From: a virus
Taxonomy: Duplodnaviria > Caudoviricetes
IMG/VR virus record: IMGVR_UViG_3300021400_001148
Location: 64,001 to 128,000 of that record
Reading direction: 5' to 3' (one strand)
Length of the DNA: 64,000 nucleotides
Part shown: positions 19,538 through 29,804 of the stretch, piece after piece
Position numbering within the stretch: position 1 is the stretch's first letter
Layout of the letters: each line of letters begins with the position of its first letter
Notes under the pieces: generated by a model
The model's database searches: none
Told to the model about the DNA's origin: nothing
What the model saw: the letters and a program-made list of their open reading frames with translations, nothing else
Made by a program: the position numbers and the translations under genes

Positions 19538-19732
19538 ATGCAAGTTAAAATAGATTTTTCAGAAGATTGCAAAGCAAACAATTATAGTCTAGAGAGACCT
19601 GGCACCTATGCAATTTATGTTCGTAAAAACTGCTTCCATAAATGGAAACAAATACAATCATATGCAGATGTTTCACTTGCACTCTATGAGTTTCGCAAAC
19701 TAAAAGAGGCGGCACATGCGATTGAGCTCTAA
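19538..19732 (+). CDS. hypothetical protein
   Basis: 64-aa packed ORF. Confidence 0.5.
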   Translation: MQVKIDFSEDCKANNYSLERPGTYAIYVRKNCFHKWKQIQSYADVSLALYEFRKLKEAAHAIEL

Positions 19733-19752
19733 CGTAAGAAAGGAAAAATAAC

Positions 19753-19968
19753 ATGAAAGCACCAGAAAAAGTTTATATTGATGACTTGGCTGTTGTCAAT
19801 GATTGTGCCACGAAAATATCGTTAAAACAACTTCCAAACTTTTCCGAATATATCCGCAAGGACGCTCTGCTGGAGTGGGCGAAAACGGAGAGGGCAAAGT
19901 GCTCCAATGAAACTCATCCGTATGCACAATTTATGAATGTCGTTATTAACAAACTCAACTCAAAGTAA
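19753..19968 (+). CDS. family H protein (paralog of 43118)
   Basis: P.K.Y...EYIRKDALL.WAK. Confidence 0.65.
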   Translation: MKAPEKVYIDDLAVVNDCATKISLKQLPNFSEYIRKDALLEWAKTERAKCSNETHPYAQFMNVVINKLNSK

Positions 19969-19969
19969 T

Positions 19970-20758
19970 ATGACAAAAATTAAAATCCAAATAAAGAACC
20001 GCTGGACGGGTTCTATCCTGTTCGAGTATGAGAAGGAGAACAACACTATTAAGGATACCATTACAGAAGCGGTTAAGAGATGTGCAAACCTCCGTGATGC
20101 AGACCTTCGTTATGCAAACCTCAGTGGTGCAATTCTCAATGGTGTAGACCTCATGAGTGCAGACCTCTGTTATTCAGACCTCAGTGGTGCAAAACTCAGG
20201 TATTCAGACCTCAGTTACACAGACCTCCGTGGCGCAGACCTCAGTGATGCAGACATCAGTAGCACACATCTCCGTAGCGCATTCCTCCGTGGTGCAAAAC
20301 TCCGTGGCACAGACCTTAATGATGCAGACCTCGTTGGTGCAGACCTCGTTGGCGCAGACCTCAGTGACACAGACCTCCGTACCACAGACATCCGTGGTGC
20401 AAAACTCCGTGGCGTAAAAGGAAGCCCCTATGCCCCCCTCGCCTGCCCCTCTGATGGAGCATTCGTAGGCTGGAAGAAAGCCGAGGACAAGCTAATTAAG
20501 TTGCTCATTCCCGAAGATGCAAAGCGAAGCTCTGCAACCACGCAGAAGTGTCGCTGCAGTAAAGCACAGGTGCTTGAAATCACCGACCTTGACGGAACAA
20601 ACCCTGTGACTGAACTGAAACATGATGCTTATGACCATATCACTACTTACAAGGTTGGAGAAATAGTGTTCCCAGATAGTTTCGATGAGAATAGATGGAA
20701 TGAGTGTTCTCATGGAATTCACTTCTTTATCAACAAACAAGACGCAATAGACTATTAA
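19970..20758 (+). CDS. pentapeptide-repeat protein with C-terminal DUF5758-like domain
   Basis: A(D/N)Lxx repeats followed by CPSDGAFVGWKK...KCRCSKA...NECSHGIHFF. Confidence 0.85.
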   Translation: MTKIKIQIKNRWTGSILFEYEKENNTIKDTITEAVKRCANLRDADLRYANLSGAILNGVDLMSADLCYSDLSGAKLRYSDLSYTDLRGADLSDADISSTHLRSAFLRGAKLRGTDLNDADLVGADLVGADLSDTDLRTTDIRGAKLRGVKGSPYAPLACPSDGAFVGWKKAEDKLIKLLIPEDAKRSSATTQKCRCSKAQVLEITDLDGTNPVTELKHDAYDHITTYKVGEIVFPDSFDENRWNECSHGIHFFINKQDAIDY

Positions 20759-21159
20759 TGGTACACGCAAAAGAATTAATGCTTGGTGACTGGGTAAAGA
20801 AAGGAAATTTATTCGGTCGAGTGCTCGATATCGAGCAAAGGGAAAAATATGCCATTGTTGGCGTGGAGTTCGAGAGTGGGTATGATGTTTATGATGAAGA
20901 CGAATTAGACCCAGTTCCCCTCACACCCGAAATCTTGGAGAAAAACGGGTTTGGTTTCACCCGAAGCGACAATACGGATTCGGTGTGGAATGGTTGGTGG
21001 ATTTATAAGGGGCTTGAGTTGGCAACAGCATGTCTCGATAGAGAAGGGAATTGGCCTTGCTTCATTAACATATATGATTCAAACATAAAGTGTGAATATG
21101 TTCACCAACTCCAGCACGCATTAAAAATTGCTAAAATCGAAAAAGAAATTGAAATATGA
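20758..21159 (+). CDS. family E protein (paralog of 48730)
   Basis: EL..GDWV..P.PLTPEILEKNGF..YVH.LQ.AL...IEKEI. Confidence 0.7.
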   Translation: MVHAKELMLGDWVKKGNLFGRVLDIEQREKYAIVGVEFESGYDVYDEDELDPVPLTPEILEKNGFGFTRSDNTDSVWNGWWIYKGLELATACLDREGNWPCFINIYDSNIKCEYVHQLQHALKIAKIEKEIEI

Positions 21160-21800
21160 GAATACCTTTTGATATTAAGTACCGTCCGCAAATTGAAAGT
21201 AGAGAATATAAGGTAGAAACAAGAGATGGAAAGCCTACCAGAATTGTTTGTTGGGACATGGATAGCTACAACCCTATTGTTGCATTGGTAGCAAATTATC
21301 CAAACTATGATGGAAGCCTTAGTGAGCATATTTTTTCATATAGCATGGATGGACATTATAGTGCTACATGCTCCAGCGATGAAGACCTTTTTATTGTCAC
21401 GCCGGAGCCGGAAATGACGGCGTTTGAGAAAAAAGTTTACGCGTATTGCGATGGTAAAACCGTAGGCGAAGAACTAATAAAAAGAATTGCTAAAGAACTC
21501 CTTGACTATGCAAGAAAAGAACTTGAGCCAGAAGTATTAGAAAGACTTGAAGTTGCTTATAAGAATCAAGATGAGGTTGTTTATGAGAACGGGAAAAGAG
21601 ATGGCCAAGCCGAAGCCTTGAAGGACTTGCCGAGGTGGATGAAATGGGATACCAATAAAATATTTGATGATTCCAGATATGTTCTTATTCATACTACTGA
21701 TTTTAATATTTCGTCTGATATGCTCTTATACGACACTATTACAAAACGTGCAATTTTCGTTTCAGACCTTAAGAAACTTCCCGGTTTTAAGGAGGATTGA
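21156..21800 (+). CDS. family J protein
   Basis: RIVCWD..PIVAL..LKDLPRW..LKKLPG. Confidence 0.65.
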   Translation: MRIPFDIKYRPQIESREYKVETRDGKPTRIVCWDMDSYNPIVALVANYPNYDGSLSEHIFSYSMDGHYSATCSSDEDLFIVTPEPEMTAFEKKVYAYCDGKTVGEELIKRIAKELLDYARKELEPEVLERLEVAYKNQDEVVYENGKRDGQAEALKDLPRWMKWDTNKIFDDSRYVLIHTTDFNISSDMLLYDTITKRAIFVSDLKKLPGFKED

Positions 21801-22054
21801 ATATGCCAGCAATAGTAGGACATGATTATTCGTGGTGGGTTGATTACTCGTGGTCTTATGAGGTATTTGACGAGGAAAGCCATTCTTGGGTTTCAGAGCA
21901 TAGCTTTGAGGGTGAACGATTTGCCTGCCGGAAAAAAGACATCAAGAAAGAGGCGAAGGAACGAATTAAGGAGTGGGAACTTTGTGGAGTGCAATACAGA
22001 AATCTCAAAGTTCATATTGATGATTGCTATATGACAACCGCTTGCGAATGTTAA
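21797..22054 (+). CDS. hypothetical protein
   Basis: Packed ORF; true start may be the ATG at 21803. Confidence 0.55.
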   Translation: MNMPAIVGHDYSWWVDYSWSYEVFDEESHSWVSEHSFEGERFACRKKDIKKEAKERIKEWELCGVQYRNLKVHIDDCYMTTACEC

Positions 22055-22067
22055 AAGGAGGACAGCC

Positions 22068-22373
22068 ATGAGTAAAAGAGCAGAGGCTGCTGCCATGGAA
22101 GCCTATCCGCCAATATACACTACGGTCAAAAGGCATGCGAAAAGGGTTCAAAGTGAAAGAATAGATACACACCAGCCAGCGAGAGCTATATTTCAGCAGG
22201 GCTATGAGAAGGCCGAGAAAGACACGATAGAAAGAGCTGTTTCTTGGTTAATTAAAAATGCGGATTATTACATAGGCAGCATGGAGGTCAGTAGGTGCTT
22301 ACCAATTAAATATCATGTCTCATGCGCTTGCTGGGCTGACCTTAAAGCATTTATAGAGGAAGACAATGGATAG
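22068..22373 (+). CDS. hypothetical protein (related to 22366)
   Basis: RA..AA...YP...F.QGYE.A.KD. Confidence 0.6.
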   Translation: MSKRAEAAAMEAYPPIYTTVKRHAKRVQSERIDTHQPARAIFQQGYEKAEKDTIERAVSWLIKNADYYIGSMEVSRCLPIKYHVSCACWADLKAFIEEDNG

Positions 22374-22662
22374 AGCAGCAAAGGTAGCCTTAAAGATGTA
22401 CCCTCTCGACAAATTCGATGGAGAAATCGGTGATTCCATGAGAGCCGCGTGTTTCGTCGGTTATGCGCAAGCGATGTATGACCTTACACTGACTTGGGAG
22501 GATGTGAAGAATCTTGACCATTTGCTGCACGATGCCGACTTTGAAAACGGCAGGGCTGAGTCTTTGGGAAAGGAGATTCTCTTTGATGGTGATGAGGGAT
22601 TCTACGGAGAGGTTTTGAAACGCTTTAACGAACAGAGAAAGAAAGAATTAATTAATGGATAA
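22366..22662 (+). CDS. hypothetical protein
   Basis: RAA..A...YP...F.GY.QA..DL.LTWED. Confidence 0.6.
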   Translation: MDRAAKVALKMYPLDKFDGEIGDSMRAACFVGYAQAMYDLTLTWEDVKNLDHLLHDADFENGRAESLGKEILFDGDEGFYGEVLKRFNEQRKKELING

Positions 22663-22865
22663 GAAACAAAAACATACTGATAGAGAATTGTTGGAAATGT
22701 TAGTTGAAGCCATTGATTATTCGTTTCTAAAAACCAATGGTGAATACGACAAAGCACTGACATATCCAGTCATTGACAAAGTGCGATACATTAAAAATCA
22801 AATTGGGGCTGAAAAGTTTTTCGGAGTTTAAAACTTCTTTTGCCACGAACGAAAATTAAATTACT

Positions 22866-23177
22866 ATGCTTATACCAATTTTTATCCATATAAAAGAAAA
22901 ATCTGACGAGGAGATTCGCGAGGAAATGGCTCGTGAAGCTAAATGGCGTAAAATGATAGAGGAGGATGATGCACGGCGGCGTGCTCGTGAGCGTGAAGAA
23001 AAGGAGAAAGAAGAATACGAAAAAGAAAAGAGAAAAAGAGTAATCAGCGAAGAATACGAACAACTCAGGTATAGGGATGAGTGGGAAACACTCATCTTAC
23101 CTGAAGGGTGGAGCATCTTTGGGCAAAGATGTTTCAGTCCCATATCATTGTTTTATGAGGGTGAAATGCCCGTTTAA
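22866..23177 (+). CDS. charged coiled-coil hypothetical protein
   Basis: E/R/K-rich centre. Confidence 0.55.
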   Translation: MLIPIFIHIKEKSDEEIREEMAREAKWRKMIEEDDARRRAREREEKEKEEYEKEKRKRVISEEYEQLRYRDEWETLILPEGWSIFGQRCFSPISLFYEGEMPV

Positions 23178-23188
23178 AAATTTTCGCC

Positions 23189-23587
23189 ATGGACAAGAAA
23201 GTAAAAAACTTTGTTGAAGAATACAACAAGAGAATAGATTGGAATAAGGACATCCGCGACAGCCTTAATCTTGATTTCATTCCAATTCACACGGATATAA
23301 TCAAGAGTTACCTCACCACAAAAAAATTGGATAAGGAAGAATATGATTTGGAAAATGCCTTGTTTTATACCTATGATGATGGGTTAATGGAACTGCAGGT
23401 TTTCAACAAAACATATTATGATAGACATTACTTTTGGGTTCGGCCATATGAAACGGACGCTGAGAATTCATACAAAACGGAGACGATTGAATATATTAAG
23501 GGGGCAATTAACAAACGTTTGGAAGAGTTGCAACCATTCATTGCTGAAGAAAAGGAATTGTTAAAAATTAAAGAAAAGCTGTCATGA
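23189..23587 (+). CDS. hypothetical protein
   Basis: 132-aa ORF. Confidence 0.6.
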   Translation: MDKKVKNFVEEYNKRIDWNKDIRDSLNLDFIPIHTDIIKSYLTTKKLDKEEYDLENALFYTYDDGLMELQVFNKTYYDRHYFWVRPYETDAENSYKTETIEYIKGAINKRLEELQPFIAEEKELLKIKEKLS

Positions 23588-23841
23588 CAAAAGAAGAAAT
23601 GGTAAATGCTTACTACACAAATGGTGATGGTGGGCGAAATTATGAAGAAGCACAGAAACTAATCAAAGAAGCAATGGAGAATGGGGAACCATATGTCTAT
23701 CTCCCTGGCAAAAATGGTAGTAGGGGTGAGTTCATTTGGGCAGCAACAGAAGAAACGATTGCGAGGCTTCGTAAAGATGGCTTTGACATTGATAAAGTAT
23801 GGGACCCGTGGGAATATTGGTCGGTTGAATGGGGGTATTAG
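23584..23841 (+). CDS. hypothetical protein
   Basis: 85-aa ORF coupled to the upstream stop. Confidence 0.6.
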   Translation: MTKEEMVNAYYTNGDGGRNYEEAQKLIKEAMENGEPYVYLPGKNGSRGEFIWAATEETIARLRKDGFDIDKVWDPWEYWSVEWGY

Positions 23842-23843
23842 TT

Positions 23844-24305
23844 ATGACACTGGAAGAAAAACAACTGCTACTTAAAGACCTTTGTGCAAGGTTGCCGTAT
23901 GGAGTAATCGTTGACTACAAGGAAAATGAATTTGAGGTTCCACATTGGAAAATAACCACCATTTACCCAGAAACATTGAGTGGGTGGATTGGCTATGACA
24001 AGAAAGTCGGGGCAGGTTCTGAAAGCGGTAGCAGACCTTTTAACATTGGGGAAGTCAAACCATATCTTCGCCCAATGTCAAGTATGAGTGAAAAAGAAAA
24101 AGATGAACTTGCACTTATTGGAGATAAAGATTTTCAATCTGTTAGGGAATGGTATAATGCCGAATACATGAATGAAACTGGCACTCCTTGTCCAGTTACT
24201 TCCGGAAAAGTAGATTACTGTAATAAAAATCACCTTGACTATCGTGGTCTTATCACTATGGGCCTTGCTCTTGAAGCACCTAAGGGAATGTATAAAACTC
24301 AATAG
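23844..24305 (+). CDS. family C protein
   Basis: EEKQLLLKDLCARLPY..KPYLRPMSSM..DYRGLI.MGLALEAP.GMYK. Confidence 0.75.
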   Translation: MTLEEKQLLLKDLCARLPYGVIVDYKENEFEVPHWKITTIYPETLSGWIGYDKKVGAGSESGSRPFNIGEVKPYLRPMSSMSEKEKDELALIGDKDFQSVREWYNAEYMNETGTPCPVTSGKVDYCNKNHLDYRGLITMGLALEAPKGMYKTQ

Positions 24306-24308
24306 AAC

Positions 24309-24548
24309 ATGAAGAAATTTATTTTTATCACATTGATGGCTGCCGCCTTATGCTCATGCGATAATGTAGTTGAAAAAATGACTCCGGGAACTCCAGAGTC
24401 ATTGATTTCAGACACAAAATTAGTTGAGTTGACTTTTGAAGGATATTCACATCAGTTCGTCTACAATCACTCATATATTGGAGCCGGTGTATATGATGTT
24501 GAAATCGTGCATTGGCCAAGTTGTAAGTATTGCCAAGAGAATAAATAA
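24309..24548 (+). CDS. small lipoprotein
   Basis: MKKFIFITLMAAALCSC lipobox; C-terminal HWPSCKYC. Confidence 0.6.
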   Translation: MKKFIFITLMAAALCSCDNVVEKMTPGTPESLISDTKLVELTFEGYSHQFVYNHSYIGAGVYDVEIVHWPSCKYCQENK

Positions 24549-24974
24549 ATGATTGCAAAAGATTACATTAGTTTTGAGGCTGCCAAACTCTTGAAAGAGA
24601 AAGGGTTTGATTATCCTACAGAAACAGGCTACAATGAAGATGGACATACGATAGAAAGGGCTTGCAACATCGGCGAGCGTTCTATATACGGTGACGCTTA
24701 TAACTGGAACAAAGAGGAAATATATTACTCTCGTCCAACACTGTGGGAAGCGATGAGGTGGCTGAGGAGGGTTCGCAAACTGTACATTGAAATTCGTATT
24801 ATGAACTTTTCAATCTCTAAGAGTTATGATGTTCCGAAATATTACTGGATAGTCCTCGACGCCGAAAAAGTTAAATGGTTAGATGAATCTACGTGTTACA
24901 CGCCAAAAGGCTTTGACACTTTTGAAGAATCTTGTGAATCTGCCGTAAAGCATTGCCTTGAAAAACTGATTTAG
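24549..24974 (+). CDS. family D protein
   Basis: DY.SFE.AKLLKEKGFD..PTL..A..WLR..CE.A...CLE.LI. Confidence 0.75.
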   Translation: MIAKDYISFEAAKLLKEKGFDYPTETGYNEDGHTIERACNIGERSIYGDAYNWNKEEIYYSRPTLWEAMRWLRRVRKLYIEIRIMNFSISKSYDVPKYYWIVLDAEKVKWLDESTCYTPKGFDTFEESCESAVKHCLEKLI

Positions 24975-24977
24975 GAT

Positions 24978-25457
24978 ATGTACACAGAAAAAAACATAAA
25001 ACTCGCCCTGAACTATATGAAGGAGCAGGGAATATTGGAAGAGCGGGTTCCTCACTGTATGAAGTTGACACTGGCCGACTTCGTGAGAGAAGTACTTGAA
25101 TATGGGTGTTTCAGGGAAGACTGTCTGACAAATCCGGAAGTGTTGGTGCAGACTGTAAGGGATGTGGCAAGAACAATGTCCGAGAATCTGTTTGAGGATT
25201 ATAAAAGCGACGAGACCCTCGAATGGGGAAAATTCGATAAAGACCTTTTCAGGCGGATTAGATGTTGGCTCGATTCCTCTTTTCCCACATATAAGGATTC
25301 AATAGTCTGCGGGCAGTCCGATGCTTCCGCCTTGCACCCCATCACCGGGGGATATGTAAAAATCAAAGAGTCAGACCGGAACGTCAAAGTACCCGAAAAA
25401 GGGTATATTTTTGCTGGCGGAACACAAACCATAATGCCCGACGATTCGTTTCAGTAG
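24978..25457 (+). CDS. hypothetical protein
   Basis: 159-aa ORF. Confidence 0.6.
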   Translation: MYTEKNIKLALNYMKEQGILEERVPHCMKLTLADFVREVLEYGCFREDCLTNPEVLVQTVRDVARTMSENLFEDYKSDETLEWGKFDKDLFRRIRCWLDSSFPTYKDSIVCGQSDASALHPITGGYVKIKESDRNVKVPEKGYIFAGGTQTIMPDDSFQ

Positions 25458-25497
25458 AAGATACCTGTTGATTACCCCAAAAGCGACGGAAAACTTT

Positions 25498-25540
25498 TGC
25501 GCCGAGAGTAAATGACTCTCGGACTTTTTTTGTATATTTG
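25498..25540 (+). promoter_or_regulatory. bipartite promoter
   Basis: TGCGCC at 25498, TATATTTG at 25533. Confidence 0.75.
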
Positions 25541-25627
25541 CGATGTTAACAATTGGAAATATATTATTCACAAGATGTGGAATTTACGCCGGCATCAGGT
25601 CGGTACAGTAGACAGGAGACTGAGAAC

Positions 25628-26167
25628 ATGTGTTTGACAATAAATACATACCACCATTACGACGAAGAAACCGGGGGGATGAAGCCCCTTACTGCAGACC
25701 GCCCCATAGCGGTTTTCAAGATATTGCAGAGAGATTACTCTCCTCTTGACCTTGGGTATACCTACCATACCCCGTTCAGGTATTTCCCGGTAGATTTTCA
25801 CGGGAATATCTGTGAAATGGAAAGCTCAATGAACATACGCTGTCACTTTGAGAATTACACAGTGGAAGAGGGAATTCATGCCTGTCTCACCTACGGGGAG
25901 GCAAAGGAATTTATATCATCCCGATGTGGCCCGAGATGTTGCATTGTCCTTGCGGTCATTCCGGAAAACACCCCGTTTTATGTCGGGGAAGACGGTGACA
26001 TTGTCAGTGAGAAGATGAACATATACCGCATCTTTCAGTTCGAGGACCCGGGGATGGAAGTTGAGATATACGGAAAGAAGGTACAGATATTCGTTGACTG
26101 GTGGCGCAGGCAAAATCTATCAGAGGAACTCCAGAAGGAACTGGCAGGCCTTGGCCGGCGGATATGA
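25628..26167 (+). CDS. family A, copy 8
   Basis: MCL at 25628; TPF..GIHAC..IPE..GDIVS. Confidence 0.75.
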   Translation: MCLTINTYHHYDEETGGMKPLTADRPIAVFKILQRDYSPLDLGYTYHTPFRYFPVDFHGNICEMESSMNIRCHFENYTVEEGIHACLTYGEAKEFISSRCGPRCCIVLAVIPENTPFYVGEDGDIVSEKMNIYRIFQFEDPGMEVEIYGKKVQIFVDWWRRQNLSEELQKELAGLGRRI

Positions 26168-26203
26168 TTTGCACCGAGAAAAAAATTAGAACAATATCGT
26201 AAT

Positions 26204-26701
26204 ATGTGTCTTATAGTTAAAAACAGAAGTGGCATACCGCTCGTCGCGAAGGAAGACATCATGGTGCACAAATACATCAAGATGCTCAACCTCAGTGAAA
26301 AACTGGTTTTATACACCACACTTTATATGGACAAAAAAGTGGAGTTCGATAAGGACGGAATATGTATTCTTGAGGTTCCGGAAATGTGCGGGTATGTCAC
26401 GTTGAGTGGGCTTGGAAATATCAACTGCCGTTTTCCGCACAAAACCGACCACTACACCCACCCCGTTGCCTGTGTTATTGTGGAGCAAGGCATACATTCA
26501 TATGCAGTCGACAGTGCTGTGTACCATCACCCTTTCCGCTTTAGCCCGCAGTCGATAATGAAGTGCGTGGCCATAATCCCGAAAGGGACAAGGTACTTTG
26601 AAGGAATCAACGGTGATATGGTCTCTGAGAAACTCATCATATTCAAAGACGGGATGGAGACCTACTACAAAGCACCACAAATAGTACAGTGGACGATATA
26701 A
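26204..26701 (+). CDS. family A, copy 9
   Basis: MCL..GIHSY..IPKG..GDMVS. Confidence 0.75.
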   Translation: MCLIVKNRSGIPLVAKEDIMVHKYIKMLNLSEKLVLYTTLYMDKKVEFDKDGICILEVPEMCGYVTLSGLGNINCRFPHKTDHYTHPVACVIVEQGIHSYAVDSAVYHHPFRFSPQSIMKCVAIIPKGTRYFEGINGDMVSEKLIIFKDGMETYYKAPQIVQWTI

Positions 26702-26718
26702 AACATGAGGTATAAACT

Positions 26719-27738
26719 ATGGGTATTGAAGAAAAAGCAAAAGCATACGACCATGCATTAGAAGTCTTGCATAAGTATGATGGCGCGAGTATTATGTTTA
26801 CGCAAGACTTAAAAGAAGAAATGTTTCCGGAACTCAAGGAGGGTGAGGACGAGAGGATAAGGAACTCTTTGCTTGAGTTTCTTGACGATTTTTGGCATAT
26901 GGGAAAAAATGCTAATTTCGATAAATGGGGCAAGGCTGATTGTGCTGACTGGATTTTATACCTCGAAAAGCAGAAAGAAGGCAAGGAATATGTTTTCAGC
27001 CCATTGGCTGGTGTTGATATAACTACTGCTGCAGAGGAGGCAATCAGAAGGACAAAAAAGGGAGAGCATCTTGTTCTTGCATTTAATGGAGCATATATTC
27101 CGGTTATGAAAGGTAATAATGCAAAGGAGATTGTGGATTTCTATTATGCATACATCGAAAACCAGAAAGGGCAGAAGCTCGCAGAGTGGAGCGAGGAAGA
27201 GAAAGAAAGAATAAGGCAAAACGGTCGTCTGGATGTATGCTATAATCCCGAAAAATACGGATTATGTCATAAAATAGAGTGGAGCGAGGAAGATAGAGAA
27301 AATTTTGAGTGGTTTGACAAATTCTTCCGTGCTGAATCAGTAATAGCCGGAGGTAAAGATATTCCACAAGACAAATACCTTTGGTTCAAATCCCTCCGTC
27401 CACAACCAAAACAAGAGTGGAGCGAGGAGGATGAAGTAAAGATAAAAGTTCTTGACTCAATCATTAGGTATATCATCAAAGTTATAGACAAGGATGTACT
27501 TGAAGGATTCGGCACTAATTATGAAGAGTTATTTTCTTGGCTCAAATCCCTCCGCGGACGTCTAAAGCCATCGAGCAATTGGAAGCCCACCGAGGAGCAG
27601 ATGCGTTGTTTATTGGATTGCGTTCTCAAAGAAAATGGAAAACAATATCTTGATGGATGTGATAAACATCGTATTCTTAAGTCACTTTTTAATGAGCTTC
27701 AAAAACTAATTGATTGGGACGATATAGATGTTGACTAA
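26719..27738 (+). CDS. family F modular protein
   Basis: FPELKE.EDERIR, three EWSEE(D/E) modules, WKPTEEQM. Confidence 0.7.
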   Translation: MGIEEKAKAYDHALEVLHKYDGASIMFTQDLKEEMFPELKEGEDERIRNSLLEFLDDFWHMGKNANFDKWGKADCADWILYLEKQKEGKEYVFSPLAGVDITTAAEEAIRRTKKGEHLVLAFNGAYIPVMKGNNAKEIVDFYYAYIENQKGQKLAEWSEEEKERIRQNGRLDVCYNPEKYGLCHKIEWSEEDRENFEWFDKFFRAESVIAGGKDIPQDKYLWFKSLRPQPKQEWSEEDEVKIKVLDSIIRYIIKVIDKDVLEGFGTNYEELFSWLKSLRGRLKPSSNWKPTEEQMRCLLDCVLKENGKQYLDGCDKHRILKSLFNELQKLIDWDDIDVD

Positions 27739-28191
27739 AAAATAGGCATTTATAAATAAAGAATTGCTAATACGGAAACAGATATGAAACAGAATTATTT
27801 TACCCCAAGAGATAGGGGACATGTAGAAGAAATCAATATGTCTCTCTCACAATTAGAAAGAGACTATAAACTTGATTTGAGTTCTGAAAAGGAATGGCTT
27901 GATGGACTAAATGAAAGGTTCGGTAAGCCTTTGACAAGGGTAACAGAATGAAGTGCGGTAATAATTACCGCAAATAGAAACTAAAATAAGAAGATATGTC
28001 AAAGATTGATTGTAGAAACCGCTTAAAAAACGGCTGTTGTATTTTAACGGGTGGTGAATGCACACACGAAACATGTACTATCAAAGAGCCTGAATTAGAT
28101 ATTTCAGAGGAAGCCGACGTCTATCTTGAATTGCACCGAATTATGAGTGAAGAAGGCGGGGATTAAGCAGCCATTTCCATGAGGGAAAAAT

Positions 28192-29067
28192 ATGGAGCCA
28201 AATAGCAAAAATTATCATAATATGGAACTAGATAGCAAATATGAAGAAGCCCTTGAGAGGGCAAGAAAGGGGATGCCGATAGACGAGGTGTTCCCCGAAC
28301 TCAGGGAGAGTGAGGATGAGGAGATAAGGAAAGCGTTAGTAAATTTTTTTAAGAATACTCATGATTGGGTAAATCTTAAATATGATGGAAGCCAAATAGT
28401 TGCCTACCTCGAAAAGCAGAAAGAGCAGAAATCTTTGAACATTAGTGCTGCATCGGAATGGCTGAGGAAGCATGTTTGTCGCTATATGAATTCGGAGTAT
28501 AACGAGTTCCACAAAAGTGTAGAATACGATGGCAGTATTGACGAAGAAAGGCTTATCAATGATTTTGAGGGGGCAATGCAGAAAGAGCAGAAGCCCGCAG
28601 AATGGAGCGAGGAGGATGAAAGGTTATTGAATATCATTATAGACATTCTTGACAAAGAAGAGCATAATGGACATTTAATGCGTAACGACCTTAAGGCTTG
28701 CATCAAATTACTCAAATCCCTCCATCCCCAGCCAAGCCCACAGTTGAGCACAAATCATACCGTGTGGCACAATGCGAGCGAAGAAAAGCCTACAAAATTA
28801 CCCATAATTCATATATGGTATCACGGAAACAGAGTTAATGCGGTTACTCACGAAGATACTTGTCTTCAAGCAGAACTTGATGACATAAACTTCCAGCCGG
28901 ATGATAAATGGGCTTACGTTGAAGATTTGCTGAATGTTCAGCCTCATTGGAAGCCGAGCGAGGAGCAGATGAAAGCGCTGAAAGATGTGATTAATAGGGC
29001 ACTTTTGACTTGCAGACAACAGGTCCCATTAGAATCACTTTACAACGACCTTCAAAAACTACTTTAG
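28192..29067 (+). CDS. family F modular protein
   Basis: FPELRESEDE.IRK, EWSEEDE, WKPSEEQM, SLYNDLQKL. Confidence 0.7.
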   Translation: MEPNSKNYHNMELDSKYEEALERARKGMPIDEVFPELRESEDEEIRKALVNFFKNTHDWVNLKYDGSQIVAYLEKQKEQKSLNISAASEWLRKHVCRYMNSEYNEFHKSVEYDGSIDEERLINDFEGAMQKEQKPAEWSEEDERLLNIIIDILDKEEHNGHLMRNDLKACIKLLKSLHPQPSPQLSTNHTVWHNASEEKPTKLPIIHIWYHGNRVNAVTHEDTCLQAELDDINFQPDDKWAYVEDLLNVQPHWKPSEEQMKALKDVINRALLTCRQQVPLESLYNDLQKLL

Positions 29068-29070
29068 CCT

Positions 29071-29385
29071 ATGAAATACATTGACGCAGACAAACTGATT
29101 GCCGAGATAGAAAGGCTCGACAAGGTAAGCAAAGAAACAATGAGGTCCCCATCTGGTGTAGGTCTTGAATTTGCATTTGGGATTTCAGCAGGATATGCAG
29201 ACGTATTAAAACTCATCGCCTCTCTCCAGCAGGAGCAGCCGGAGGTGGATTTGGAGAAAGAAATTGAACAATACACAATCGGCTTTATTGGAGAACTTAG
29301 AAACTATAAAGATTGGACTCCAAGAATTGCTCGGTTCGCCCGCTACTTCTACGAACTTGGATTTAACGCAAGAAAGGAGGAATAG
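29071..29385 (+). CDS. family B protein
   Basis: MKYIDADKLIAEIER..SLQQEQPEVDLEKE..FYELGFNARKEE. Confidence 0.75.
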   Translation: MKYIDADKLIAEIERLDKVSKETMRSPSGVGLEFAFGISAGYADVLKLIASLQQEQPEVDLEKEIEQYTIGFIGELRNYKDWTPRIARFARYFYELGFNARKEE

Positions 29386-29387
29386 AT

Positions 29388-29804
29388 ATGCCATACGAAA
29401 TCAATGGAGTCAGTATTTGTATAGAGCGAGAATATTTGCGGGATGGACAGTTTCAGGACTTAATGTCTTATTATGATGACGATGGTACTTGTTTCTCAGA
29501 CTTTGACATAACAAACGAAGATATATATGAAGTCGAGAATCCGTGTTTTCTTTCTGACATTTTTGTTTTCCAAAAGAAGCGCTTTAATCATTTTATTTAT
29601 GGAGATATTGAAACTATTTGTTTCATAAAACTAAATGACAGGAATAAGATAGAAGAAATTGGGTTTGACTTTTCTTCAAGATTCCATTTAGAAAAAGATA
29701 AAACATACAAAAAAGCAACGGCACTACACAAAATTCCATTTCTTTTAATTGGTGATGAAATGTGGCTTAATGCAAGAAAGAAGAAAGTAAATGAAATACA
29801 TTAA
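29388..29804 (+). CDS. hypothetical protein ending in an NARK-type junction
   Basis: Body unrelated to family B, but C-terminal LNARKK. Confidence 0.6.
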   Translation: MPYEINGVSICIEREYLRDGQFQDLMSYYDDDGTCFSDFDITNEDIYEVENPCFLSDIFVFQKKRFNHFIYGDIETICFIKLNDRNKIEEIGFDFSSRFHLEKDKTYKKATALHKIPFLLIGDEMWLNARKKKVNEIH

